Source of the DNA: Klebsormidium nitens | Taxonomy: Eukaryota > Plantae > Klebsormidiophyceae | NCBI GenBank assembly: GCA_000708835.1 | Contig: DF237002.1 | Coordinates: 91,091 to 155,090 of the forward strand | DNA length: 64,000 nt | Reading direction: 5' to 3' | Part shown: positions 13,001-24,885 of the stretch, piece by piece | How positions within the stretch are numbered: position 1 is the stretch's first letter | Layout of the letters: every line of letters begins with the position of its first letter | Position numbers and translations under genes: made by a program | Notes under the pieces: generated by a model | Database searches by the model: none | Seen by the model: the letters and a program-made list of their open reading frames with translations, nothing else | What the model was told of the DNA's origin: nothing

Positions 13001-14075
13001 ATCTGTTTGGCGATATGGCTCTCTGGATGTGCGCCCACTTGTAGGCAGGAGAGGAAAAGCTCAAGCACTTTCGTGGGGAGCAAATCTGGTCTCTTTGGTG
13101 CTGTAAGTTGCATCTATGGGCCAGGTGCAGTAGCTCAGCCCCACAGTGTATGGTTTGCAAGCGGGGCTCGATGGCAAGGTTTTTGGAGGCCCACAGAGAG
13201 ACAGGTCACCATTGAAGATCGTGATCATTCCACACTTAGAAGATCGATGGAGACTGAAAGGGTAGGAAAAGGAGAGAACAATGAGATGCGACCACAGTGC
13301 GCCTCGTAACCAACGGGCACTTTTGGGGACCGCCCGCGATTTGACGAACGCAACGAAATATCACAAAGTTGCATTGGACAATGACCATTGCTGCCAGTCG
13401 AACCAGCAGCATTGATATCCATCAGCATAATGCTGAAACCCAAAGTTTGCCCCTACGAACAAAACTGTGACATATGGTAGCAGGAACCAAACACAAAATC
13501 CAGGGTTCATAGGGTCAACAGAATTCAGAGCCTACAGATCCTTCAAATAGAACAGCTCCAAGTGGGGGAAAGACCGTACACTGATTGAAACCCTTCAAAC
13601 AATAGCAGTAGAGCGATGGGACCCACACCCAAAATGGAAAAATCAGACATGTGCATCTGTGAACGATGAGGCAGAGGCTAGCCCATTGTCTGAGAACTTT
13701 CTTTGAGACTGTAGATTCCAAAAAACAAGATGGGGCATCGCAATTGATGGGGATGGCGTCACCTGCCTGCCGTCGATAGAGGGAACCAAAAACTTCTTAA
13801 AAGGAACCAAGGTTGCTGGATTCTCAAAAATGGGGCACCATGTCTGGAATGAGCCGTCCAACGGTTGAGCTACATCAAAACCCTTGCATTGGCAAAACAC
13901 ACAAGAATCCCAAAATAGCATAAATATAAGCAAATTTACCAAACGTAATAGTCAATGCACCTGGCATACCTGAGCCATTGGTGTGGATGATCCCATTGCC
14001 ATAGTTGTACGAGCTGGGCGCGTGCGAAGACGAGGCATGCTTCTTTTTCGGCTTCCCTCCGCCAAAGCAACCCAT
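7097..14075 (-). CDS. PBL: Receptor-like cytoplasmic kinase, RLCK-VII (PBS1/PBL-like)
   Basis: The N-terminus MGCFGG (ATG 14075) is an acylation motif. Exons are 12609-12469 (RTFTYQ), 12150-11995 ([42 protein letters not shown]), 10967-10832 ([34 protein letters not shown]), 10146-10004 ([14 protein letters not shown]), 9467-9225 ([34 protein letters not shown]), 8309-8130 and 7306-7097. Splicing between 13960 and 12609 is unresolved. Confidence 0.93.
8268..8955 (-). repeat. Intronic tandem copies of the 3' splice site plus exon start of the PBL gene
   Basis: TTGCGCCGGTCGCTCA(A/G)CAGCGGCTGCGCCTGT occurs at 8281 (real exon), 8408, 8555 and 8692, with a more decayed copy near 8913-8955. 8542-8592 is identical to 8268-8318 (51 nt). 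Confidence 0.9.
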
Positions 14076-15793
14076 GGTTCACCACCGCTTTTGCTCTTGC
14101 TTTGTCCAAGAATCCTACAAAAGCGTCACTGGTGTCGACTTTGAAGCACTTAATCCAGAGAGGGGTCCCTCGAAGCTCGCCCCAAAAGCTGCCGTAATTT
14201 TTAGAGTTTTTGGGTTGGCATGAGCTGAAGGTCTCGAAGCAATCAGCTTGGGCGGCGTCTTGAATAGTCAGCTTAAAATAAAACCTTTCCTTTCAACCAC
14301 TGCAGGATCCTTCAAGTTCAAACTTCAGCGGCAATTTGTGTGCGCCTTGACATGCTGCATGACCAGGTCCATGGCCGACGCAGTTGCGGCCAAATAGAGG
14401 AAGGATCAGGAAGCACGAAGCGATGTCAGATCCAAAATCGCATTGAATGCGTTCAAGCAAGGTGTACCTAGGTACACTCAGACTGATATATCCCATGATT
14501 GGACAAACAAATTTTGATGTTAGGCCAGCGTGGCATGGTTTACAATGGAAAACCAGCCTGAAGACCTCAAAACCGCCCCTCCCAAGATTGGGTTAACCTG
14601 CCACGCTGGCAGCTAGACTCCTCGCCTAAATCCCAGGGACCCGGCCAGACGGTCGCATCTGACATTCTCCGAAGTTCCGTGACGAACGGCCTAAACTTTA
14701 GGGCTGAACTCTGATCAGTGAAGATGGCCAGCCGCCAGACCTTGTTCCATAGGTAAATGCCAACCGCAGATTCAGTATCGGTCAGCGAATATACAGACTT
14801 TCAACGGCCCAACTTTCTAGTTAGAGGAAAGGTAACGAACCTGTTGATGACATTGTTCAAACCCATCCTAGTTGCGGCTGCATTGCATAGCAGCACCATG
14901 CATGCTGTGCATACGAAAGAGGCAGAATTTCATTCAGATGGAAAATTTGGGCGCTCTCGTCAGCTCTTGTCGTTGAATAAAAGTGGAAGGGTGCATGATA
15001 GACATTGGCGCTCTCACACAGCGTGAATGGGGCAGGATGCACATCAGCAGGAATTTTGAGAAGACATTCTTGCGATTGCTGAGCCCTGCAAACCTGACAT
15101 ACGATACCATGGGGCCCAAGGTCAGCTGGGGAGCCTCTGCCAGCGCGTGTGAGCAAAGAGCCGACGTGGTAGACTCGCCGCTTTCACCATATTTCACTTC
15201 CTCAACTGGCGTGGTGAGTTGCATGCTCAAGGTCGGCACCTGCTAATATAGTGTGTGTCCCTTGATCTCAAGTCTTCTGTATCCTTTGCAACACCATGTG
15301 AAAATTGGATGGCAGTCAGATCATTATAAAAACCTTTCTCAAATGGTGACGTAGTCAGGGCGTTCTTTCAAAGAACCATCACTCTTCATTGTTGAAATCA
15401 ATGCGCCTTTCGTCCTTCCTTTCGAGTATGATGTGCATTTCAGGTGCAGTCTAATTTGAATATTGGTCCCTTAGGCGATCCTTTCTCACGAGAGAGAAGC
15501 ACACCGTTTGGTACAGCACGGCCGCAAACCCCACTTCTGGGGCGTGGCCAGCCTGCTGTGCAGATTACAGACCCCAGCATAGAGGGAATGCTGACGAACT
15601 TGAACCATACATTGCTACAGATCAGTTGTTTCAAGTCCAATTTTGATCCTGAGACAGTTTGGGTTAGTAAGGGCACTCGGAGGGGCTTGAATGCGGAGCA
15701 GGTATACATATGGGTTGAGGTTTTAGTTTTAACTCCGTTCTTCTCACGACTTAAATTCGTTATGCCTACCATAGGGACTATGTGTATGAGTAG

Positions 15794-18700
15794 GTCTTCT
15801 TCGAGCTGCAGGACATAACCGCAGCATCCATCGCCCTGTTCATCTGCGTTGCCTGGCTGAAGAGTGTTGACGCAGCAGTGTACTTTAATCTGCTGGATAT
15901 GGTGAGCGTGCATGAAAGAGGGCATCTCAAGACCGCTTAGCCCCTCTGAACAGGGGCCCGATTGAAGTTTCTTCTCCACCAGATATCAGCCGAACACGCC
16001 CTGAGGCAGAGATGCTTCTGTGCATGTCCATCCAATCTGCGCAAGCTCGCGAAGGGCCCAAAGGTGTCTGAAGCACTTACTGAAGGGCAAGGCATAAGAA
16101 GACTGCCCTTTTTGGCCATGATTCTAGCAATCTCACACTGCACCTCATCTTGAAGTTCGATCTTGAAACCCAGCCATGAAATTTCGTCGTTGACTGGGAA
16201 TTTTTGCTTTCTCTGCAGAGGTTGAGCCGGAAGATGATTCACATCGGGACCGGCCCCATCTTTCTGCTGACATGGAATCTATTCAGGTCTGTCTTGACAC
16301 CTTTCCTCCTCAAATGCTAAACTTTGCAACCTTGCTTTCGGGAAGAATCTGTAACTTCATTTGCCCTTTTTGAGGTCGTCGGGCATATTGTAAAGCTTCT
16401 CTCATCATGCAGCCTTCTCCTACAAATATTAACTTGCTCATACTTCTTCTCGTCAATGACCTGTCCTGGTGCTTTTCTTGGAGTAGCCTAGACCCATTAC
16501 CGTCTCATGGGGATTTCGAGTGCGTAACATCTCTAAAACGGCACATTGATACTTAAGAAAGTCTGCAGTCTCGCTCCGAAATTTGGCCCCGTTCGTTGAA
16601 ACTTCGACAGCCCGAACATGATCATGTAGTATCTCTATACAAGGAACTAGAGGAGTGAACCTTACCATGTAAAAGGCCAGAGCACGAACGTACTGAGAAC
16701 ATTCTTCTGGAAAGTCCTCCGAAGATCCTCATTTTATCCGTTGAACTTCTGGCTCTCTCTCAGCGGTCTTATCTGCCCCTTCCTGCTCGCAGTGACGCCC
16801 CTGAGGCGCGCTACTTTGCAGCGGTGGTCCCTTTGCTGGTCACCGCCCAATTTTTCCTCATCGGCGTTGGTGAGGATACACAACTATCACAATCACGCAC
16901 TTGACTTACCGTGTCAGGTCTCTTTCGGAGCTGTTTCAAATCTCGCACAGTGACGAAGCTGTCTGAGGGGATCTCCGAGGGACCAATCAAGAGGCCACTG
17001 CATGTCGCCTGACGTCACATGCATCATTGAACTCCATTGGCTCTCCTGACCTTGGATGAAAGTACTCTCTTTCGAGCAATCTGCGAGATCTCTGATGTAG
17101 TTGACTGACCAATCGACGATCCCATCTTCAATATCTGCTCCTCTCACCTTTGGAGCGATTCGCTCTTTCCCACACTTTGAGTGAGCCTTCATTCTGCAGA
17201 TGCGGAGTTCTCCCGTCTTCGATTGGGACGAGTGCATATTCTGTGACCTTAGCCCCCCGGTTCCATTGTTTGACCTGCCAAACTGGATGATATTTACAAG
17301 TTGGAAACAGAAATCAGTGGCAGGAAATCCAAGCAGATTACTCATGTCTGCGAAGCTCTGCCGCACGTTGCATACTTCATTTTGCAGGGTCGAAAGTGCG
17401 AATGTCAGACTCGGTACTTATGTGGCGGAGTCTTCTTTTGCAGGTGTGATCAATGACCCTCAGGCGGTGGCCTCCATGAGTCGACGGGGGGATCCCTCCG
17501 AGCTTCTTCGGGGGCCTCTCTACTACGGCATCGTCTTCGTGGTCTCGACTGTAAGTGCTCCTGCATGCTGCCAAAAGCTCCCCTCTCTCGGTTGATTTGG
17601 ATGAAACCCCCAGGAATCCTTCGGGGGATCCCTCAAAATATCTTCGACGGCCTCAACACTAGGGCATCGACTTTGTGGTCTCGACTATGAGTGCTCATCG
17701 GTCCCACCAAAAGCTCGCCTCCCCTAGTTGCCCCCTTGCTGAAAATCTGCGTAGAGAATCAATTGCAGACTTGATGTTCATATTCAGGTCGTCCGCTGAT
17801 GACAGCAGAGATGCATCCCAAACACAGTGGCCGGCGCTTCTTAGAAGGATCGAGCACATAATCGTCTCAGTCTGAAGGCACTACTTCGAGGCTGGCGGCT
17901 AGAGGTCTTTCCGGGTGCGTCTGCTGACAGCATAGATAGTGCAAGTGTCTGGTTAGCTACTCCAAACCGAGGCAAGAATGCCTGTTCCGCTTTTCCGGCA
18001 GGTTGTATTCTGGCGTAGCTCACCGCTGGGCGTGCTCGCGCTCTCCGTGCTGTGCGGCGGAGACGGCCTCGCGGAGGTGCTCGGCAGGAAGTACGGCAGG
18101 TGGGTGGGAAGCTTCAATATTAACTGCCATAATGATGGACGTAGTCAGGCTCTCCGAATACTATTGTAGCATTTTGAAAAACCTTCTAGGCTTCATAAAG
18201 AATAAGGGGGTGTACGTAGACAAACCTAAGAACGGACGCATTGAAGCTTGAGCGCTTCGCCAAACCGTTCGACCCATGAATCAAAAGCTTCAAAATTGAG
18301 TACCTACAGAGGAATTTATTCCTCAGCTCGTATGCAGGGTTCAATATGTGATTGCTGCACTGACGCGTGTCTGCAGCCCTTCAAAAGTCTGCAAGAAGAG
18401 CGGATGCTACGTTCGTTAGTGGAAACAGACAGCTTTCCTCGCACCTTTGCCGCTTCTGCTCGGCGCCTGCATTGCTGTGCATCACTCTGGTTCTTTTTCA
18501 AGCCTTGAGAAACAAAACCAAACCGAAGGGAAGGAGCGGAAGGAAACGAAAGGAAGCCTCCGGGTGACTGTTTTCACAACTGCTTTTGGTCCTTCACGTG
18601 GCATCCGTCGAGAGTGCAACACATCTCGTTTTCCACCAGTGCAGAGTGAAGCTGCCATGGTCTCGATCGAAGAGCTATGTTGGCACGGCCGCCATGTTTC

Positions 18701-19170
18701 TCGGGAGCTTTCTGTTCGGCTTCGGCTACCTGGTAAGCATCAAGGCCGAATCCAAGGATCTCGACTCCTGAAAATTTGCCATCGTTGGTATACTTGGACA
18801 TTCTTCCACTTTCTCGTCAGCCGGTTTCCTTGCATCCTCTGTGTAAGTCGATGTAGCGTTGACAACAACGAGGACTGTTTGCTTCCGTGATTGTCGCCTG
18901 GCATACGGCAGCACACTGATCTGTTTTTGCAGTCCGTGCTGAAACTGCGCCGCATATAATCGTTTGCAGGTGTACTTCAACTACTTGAAGAACTTCAACC
19001 CGGAGTTGTCTGTAGGTAGCACAGCGTTGATTGTTCTTTTGCTGAGCCTAGCAGCAGCGGCTGTGGAGGCTCTGCCTTTTCAAGACGTTGACAATATCAC
19101 GGTACCACTTGCTGTGATCATCCTCGGCAACTGGCTGTTGCCGTTTGGGACCGTCAACTGCGAATACTGA
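15794..19170 (+). CDS. Phytol/farnesol kinase (VTE5/FOLK family, CTP-dependent polyprenol kinase); 5' end not resolved
   Basis: Exons approx 15794/15812-15901 (QDITAASIALFICVAWLKSVD), 16219-16286 (RLSRKMIHIGTGPIFLLTWNLFS), 16793-16869, 17444-17550 (SMSRRGDPSELLRGPLYYG), 18002-18099 (FWRSSPLG..LCGGDGLAEVLGRKYG), 18645-18732 (KLPWSRSKSYVGT) and 18970-19170 (VEALPFQDVDNITVP). These are the typical motifs of the family. Confidence 0.9.
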
Positions 19171-19996
19171 TCTGATTTTGCAGGCTGAGGTATGTAGAGT
19201 TCATGATTCCGCTGATTTCTGTGTTCAAGTTCATATCATACTCAGACTAAACGCTCTGGGACTGCCGTTGAGGTGTCCGTGGCCGCCCTCGGCGTGCCGT
19301 ACGCTGACCTTTGCGGGTTGGTGACATCTTAAGGTCTGGTTCTAAGACGGGTTCCATGTACCTGCAATTATGCGAACATACTGATCTAGCTCGCAGCAAC
19401 GTACAGTTTCAGAGGCTGCAGCATGTGCTCGCGCGTATACTACTGCTTTCATGTACACACTGTCAGACTAGCTGGCAATCAAAATGCTGCTCAACTTCGA
19501 CTAAACGTAACGGCAATAACATGTGCAGTAGCATGCATTATCGATTGAGTATGGACGGTTGTCACTCAATTGAATGAAGTATATGCGTATATGTGCATGG
19601 TGGCATGTGCGCGTGGCTGGCCCCATGTGCAGCCCCATGTGAGTCGGCCCGCGGCCGCCTCGATCTGACACATCCGAAGCGCGCCGCGCATGCCTTTAAG
19701 AGCATGGTACGTCACGGCATGTACATGTACGTATATACTGAATGGTGATGCGGTCAACACATGAGAGCGCCTACGATCAGCAAAATATACAAAGCGCGCA
19801 ATCTGCTTGATCCTCGTGCACTGCGTAAGAATCCATGGTCACTCTCCGAGGATCGTTGTTCGCTCACGACTTGACACAACTTGGCAAGCGGCTGAGCATA
19901 CACTATGATTGACGAACGGTAGGCAGTATAGCAAGGTCATCTTTTAACGCCAACAGCGCAAGCGAGAATCCGCTTCACCAAAGAGCGGGGCTAGCG

Positions 19997-22900
19997 TCAC
20001 CTTTCGTCCGCATATCTAGCGGCTCTGCCTGACCGTCCCTTGACAGCTGGCACTACCGGCGTCTTTTCCATCAACTGTGTCACTCCGCCTTCGTCGAGCA
20101 TATGCTGCGGCACAGTCAGCCCCTGATACGTCCTCTTTGACACCAGATATTCCGCCCCTGTCTTTGCCGCGCTCTGCTGCCTTCTCTCGCCAGCCAGCGT
20201 CAAGGCGCCAGCCTCCCCTCTTACTTGCAAATCCTTGACACCATTTCCAACCACCGCAAGCGCCGACGATCCCTCTGCTTCCGGTGTCACTTCCTGGACA
20301 CCCCCCGGTTCGTACGTACCGCTTATCAACGAGAACCGCGGCTCGTCTTCTTCTGAATCATCCTCTCCATCCCCTTTTCCCTCCGATCCTAACCCGTTTT
20401 GTAACCCGTTTCCCGTCGCTAGACCGCCGTAGTCCAGCCGATACTCCCCCGTCCAAACCCGTTTCTCCACAAACGCCAGCTCCGCCTCAAAGGGCGTAAT
20501 CACCGGGGACAAATACTCTTTACTATCTAAGAGCGCAGTTTGCGGGCAGGCGACCAGCACAAACACCTCGCACTCTGGGAAGTTCGCCAGCTTGGCCGGG
20601 TTAGGTTTCCCCATGACAAACGTGTACGACTTTTTGCCCGCCGCCGCTATGACGTGGCGCAGCCGTTTGATGACGTCACGGAACCCCGCGGAGCTGAGCG
20701 TGCCGACTACGATGCCCACGATGGCCGCGTTCTTGGCGCGCTCGACTAGATAGTACCTGGCGGAGAGTAGATTTGAAACCTCCTTAGAGGATCGCGGATC
20801 AACGAGGGGTTTAGGAGTCGACGACGAAGAAAAAGGACTTTAAGCACTGTGGAACGCTTTTGTATATTTGTTGGGGCTCTGCCGGTGTGAGAGCAGACAA
20901 CATTTGAGAAGGGTCGGTCTGAAAATAAAACAACCGAGACATTTAAAGGCCTTGAGAACAGGTCGGGTAAATGGTGTAAGTGGCAATCGGACATGCACGC
21001 CTGTTTCGCGCAAGTGCGGCTTTCTTTTCAACGAACATGGTCAAGGGAACGCCAAAACAATAAACCATCAGGGTCATAAGCTCACAAATGTAAAACTGCC
21101 GCTGACATCAAGAACCACAGACTTACAAGACTGGCCCAAGATTGTCTTGAAGCTCCGCCGTTTACTTGAAGTGAAGCTTAACAACAGCAGACATTGCAGA
21201 AGGACATCGGACATTTCGCGCCATGGGAAAGCACAGCCTACGTCCAGCATTGAAAACGATTCTAGAGTTATCAACCCTTCGACAGATGAGAACTTTAGCC
21301 CAGCGGAGTGATCCGCGCAAAAAGGAGCCGGACGCTCACCTCCGTCTCAAAAACCGGCTGTTGTCCGACACGTCCGTCAGAAGCTTCCTCGTATCCGGGT
21401 CATATCGCGCCACCTGGCACCCATTGTGCGTCAGCATGACGTCAGTCAGCGCGGGACCCTCGCTCCCGACCCACACGATCTCAAAGTCCGACATCCGTTC
21501 GGTTCCGTACAAGTGCCACGTCAGCCCGCCCGACCGGAACTCCTGCTCCGCTCCGCTGCTCTCCGCTTGCGTCGAGAATCGGACCCGCTCTGCCTTTGCA
21601 TCACCCTCAGAAACGGAGTCGTTCTCACCCCCGAGTGCGCCTTCGTTAAACTCTGGTTCATCTTTCCCGCCCGTAGTACGTGTTCGTGTTGCTTCGTCCG
21701 ACTGACCGGTTTCCGTACCCCTACTTTGGCTGGGAACGGAGGCCTTGTCTGCACCTCCCCGGTCTCCTCCGCTAGGCGACTGCGCCCCACTCGACGCCCC
21801 ACCCTGCGCCTCACAGGGCCCCGAACCGGACGCCGGCTCGAGTTCGACGGGCGGCAGGTCCGCGAAGCGGATGTCCGCGAGTCCCGAGCGTTCCAGCGCT
21901 GCCCTTAGCGGGGGGATGGCGTGGGCGTACTCTAAACCGAACAGGACCTGCGAAAACAGCATCAGAAATGCATGTGGAATTGATTGGTCCGTTTCTTGCA
22001 GATTCTTTTACCGGAGTCACCTCGCTCTGATTGTAGGCGGCATCCAACAAATTTCAAACCGTCAATCCCCCAACTGCGCGATCGGACGACTGTTTTCTTC
22101 TGAAGGGCAACGTCCAATCCAAGGGGCGGCCGAATCTAACAGAAATGGAGGAAGAATCATGACCGCCTGCGGCGGATTCAGAGTTCGAAAACTGCCGCTT
22201 AGCCTGACAAATCTGTCCACCATAGACGTCCACAACGGTGCAGAGATTGCGAGCCCTCATTCCCCAAAGTTTGTACAAACAAAATCTTCAAAGTCGGACA
22301 GTCATGACCAGTGTTGATAAACACAACCAACTGAGACTGTGACCAGCTTGACTTGGCTGCATTTACCAGGATCTCGCTTCGTCAAGCTTCAGGGAGCGAG
22401 GCCAAAGAAGCTGTAGGACGTGAAGAAGAAGAAAGAGGGAACGCTATGAAGTGAAACGAAGGGCCCGACCTGGAAGAAGGTTCCAATCTCCGGTTCGTAC
22501 GTGGACAGCTTTGATGTTTGAGAAGAGGCCTCACCAGCAACGGCTTGCCGGTTTTTTCCGCCAGGCTGCGCAAGTGGGCGCTACAGTCGTCGACGTCTAT
22601 CGGAGCAGCGCCAAAGACAAACCGGACAGGTAGCCGAGACGTGCTGCAAAAGCGAAATTTTGCTTATCAAATGCATGCGTGGGATTCCAAATGTTTTGGA
22701 GTCCAATGGTGAGAGCCTCCTCCTCTTCCCTTTAGATAGGCAGTCAGAGAAGAGAAAAGGAGCTTGAGGTAGAGCAAGCTGCGAAGTTGGAGGGGGTGAA
22801 AAGCCGGCCACAAATCTACAAACAAAGGCATGACCAAGACAAGACGAGCTCCGGTGATGATTGCGAATGCAGAATTTCAGAAGAACCAGAAATGTTGATT

Positions 22901-24316
22901 TGGGACAGAAAGGGAGAGAAAAGCCTTTTCTTCGTCTTTAGCAAAATGACCGTAGTTAAGTCCTTCAATTGGTCCAGGTAATTCTCAGCCTCCCCAACAA
23001 ACATGCGCAAGCTCGAAATAAACTCCTGGGCTGACGCATGTGAGTGTCACTGTACAGGCAGACTCTTCACAAGACCAAGGGGGACAACGTATGGGCCTGT
23101 GGGGATAGCTTACGGGCTGAGGCATGCGCGTCCGAAGTGTACAACACATTGCGCGTCCGCATGAGCGGCCGCCACCTCATCCACGCAGCAGCTGCCGTAA
23201 GTTGTATCCGCCAGCACAAACACTCTGACAGGGCCTTTTGACTCAGTGACTATTTTATTCTGCTCGGCCCCGTTCTGAGTGGGGCCTTGTTCAGAGTGAC
23301 TTGGTGCATGATCAGAAGGAGTGGAATCTTGGTTAAGTGGGGGTTTGGGGGGTGCAGGCGTGCTTTGTTGGGTTGATGCGGGGTTAAGAGCTGGGTTTGG
23401 TGGTGGTTGTGAGGGGGGGTTTGTGTAGTTTGCGGGAGGGGTGAAAGGTCGATTTGACGTGGTTGGCGAATTGCATGCTGATGTGATAGCGGCGGCGACG
23501 TCTGGGGAAGCGGCGAGAAGCTCGTCCGGAAACTGCAGCGCACAGGAGCGGGAGTCATGCCTCTGATGACCACTTATCTAAGTAGTGTAGGCATATTGTC
23601 TTGAAAGTTTAAGAAGGTTGGGTCAAAGACCTAGCCATATCTTTGAGGCTTGTGCAAAGACATCAGCTCTGAAGTGGTAAGCAGCAGAGTATTCGGGCAA
23701 TTCAGACGCTGGCTGACCGAAGATGGCTATATTCCCAAAATTGATGCCCCAGCCACCATAAACAATGGGGCCAATCTCAAGGAATTCCCTTTTGCAAACC
23801 GTAAAAAGTCTTTTGAACCCAGCTGCTGAGAAAAACATGAAAAAATCAAAGGTTTGTCAGGAAGAGCATGGTATTCTATGGGGTGGTGGTAACACCGCAA
23901 GGTTGTATCGGGGAATGATGTGTACTTGTTGAAAGCATTCAGACTGGTGTGACAGGGTGTGTGACACTGCAGCATTGCAAGTCTGGCTAGACGTCGCCTA
24001 AATACCACCAACTTCATGCCAAAGAAGGACGCCTCGACTTGGAACTTCAAGTTCGCGTCACCATTGCAATCTTCTACATCGGCCAAAGTGCAATTGTTAC
24101 TGTCTCTGCAAAAGTGGAATACGGCGTGCATTGTCAATACAATCCCATTCAAAGTCTTTGAAAATTCACAACAGCTTGGACTTCATGGTTGGAAATTTAT
24201 TTCTGTACCTGCAGCGCCACCCTTGAGAAACCCCGCCGTAGGATGAACGATGCTATCTCGAGGAGCTCAGCCTGGGGCACCCACCACTCAGCGCTGTGAA
24301 GCCCTGCCTGCGCCAT
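19997..24316 (-). CDS. DPH2: Diphthamide biosynthesis protein 2
   Basis: Exons 24316-24209 ([16 protein letters not shown]), 23532-23114 (FPDELL...[37 protein letters not shown]), 22643-22535 ([11 protein letters not shown]), 21947-21340 (ARYDP..RFLRR) and 20756-19997 ([50 protein letters not shown]). Confidence 0.92.
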
Positions 24317-24614
24317 AGCGGCTGGACAAGAATTAGAATGCTGTGCTCAGCAGCCGAGCTAGGCAGACATGTCCTCGATTAGGCGCTAACCCGAACTGGG
24401 TGCTTACTGTGCTTACTGTAACTAGAACGAAAAGGGTGAACTTTATCGTTACCTCTTCGTCATCATCGTTCCCACCCTACCCGGCGTCATGGCGTACTAA
24501 CTCGTGACTGACTCATAGGTCAATCAATCAATCAATTTATTTTGTAGTCCCGTAGGAGCCATGGGTGGCTCATGAGACAAGGTCTGAATGTAGTCTCGAG
24601 TCCTAGGTTGTTCG

Positions 24615-24885
24615 CACTAGGGCAAATTTGTTGACGGCGTCGATTATTTTCCGTTAAAACTTCGGAAGGTCCGTCGACGGAGCATCGACGGCGTCGACGG
24701 AAAGATTGGTAGGTCCCAACTCCCCGTCGACGGAGCAGTGTCCGTTAACGGACTCCGTCGCTTGTGAAAGCCCGCGGTCCCGAGCAAATTTTTGACAGAC
24801 CGTCGACGGTCCGCCGACGGAAATATGACACTGCGAACAACCCAGTGTTTCCATCGAATTTTAGGAAGTCCGTCGACGGAGTAGT
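24615..24885. mobile_element. Possible non-autonomous CACTA-type DNA transposon remnant with palindromic CCGTCGACGG repeats
   Basis: CACTAGGG at 24615 and CCCAGTG at 24841-24847 (reverse complement CACTGGG). Perfect CCGTCGACGG occurs at 24671, 24724, 24800 and 24870, plus variants such as CCGTTAACGG at 24742. The 3-bp flanks do not match (TCG vs TTT). Confidence 0.45.

Noticed and set aside
15440-16668. Minus-strand ORFs (179, 101 and 71 aa) suggesting a separate gene
   Set aside because: They overlap confidently assigned plus-strand phytol/farnesol kinase exons in antisense and carry no recognisable motifs.
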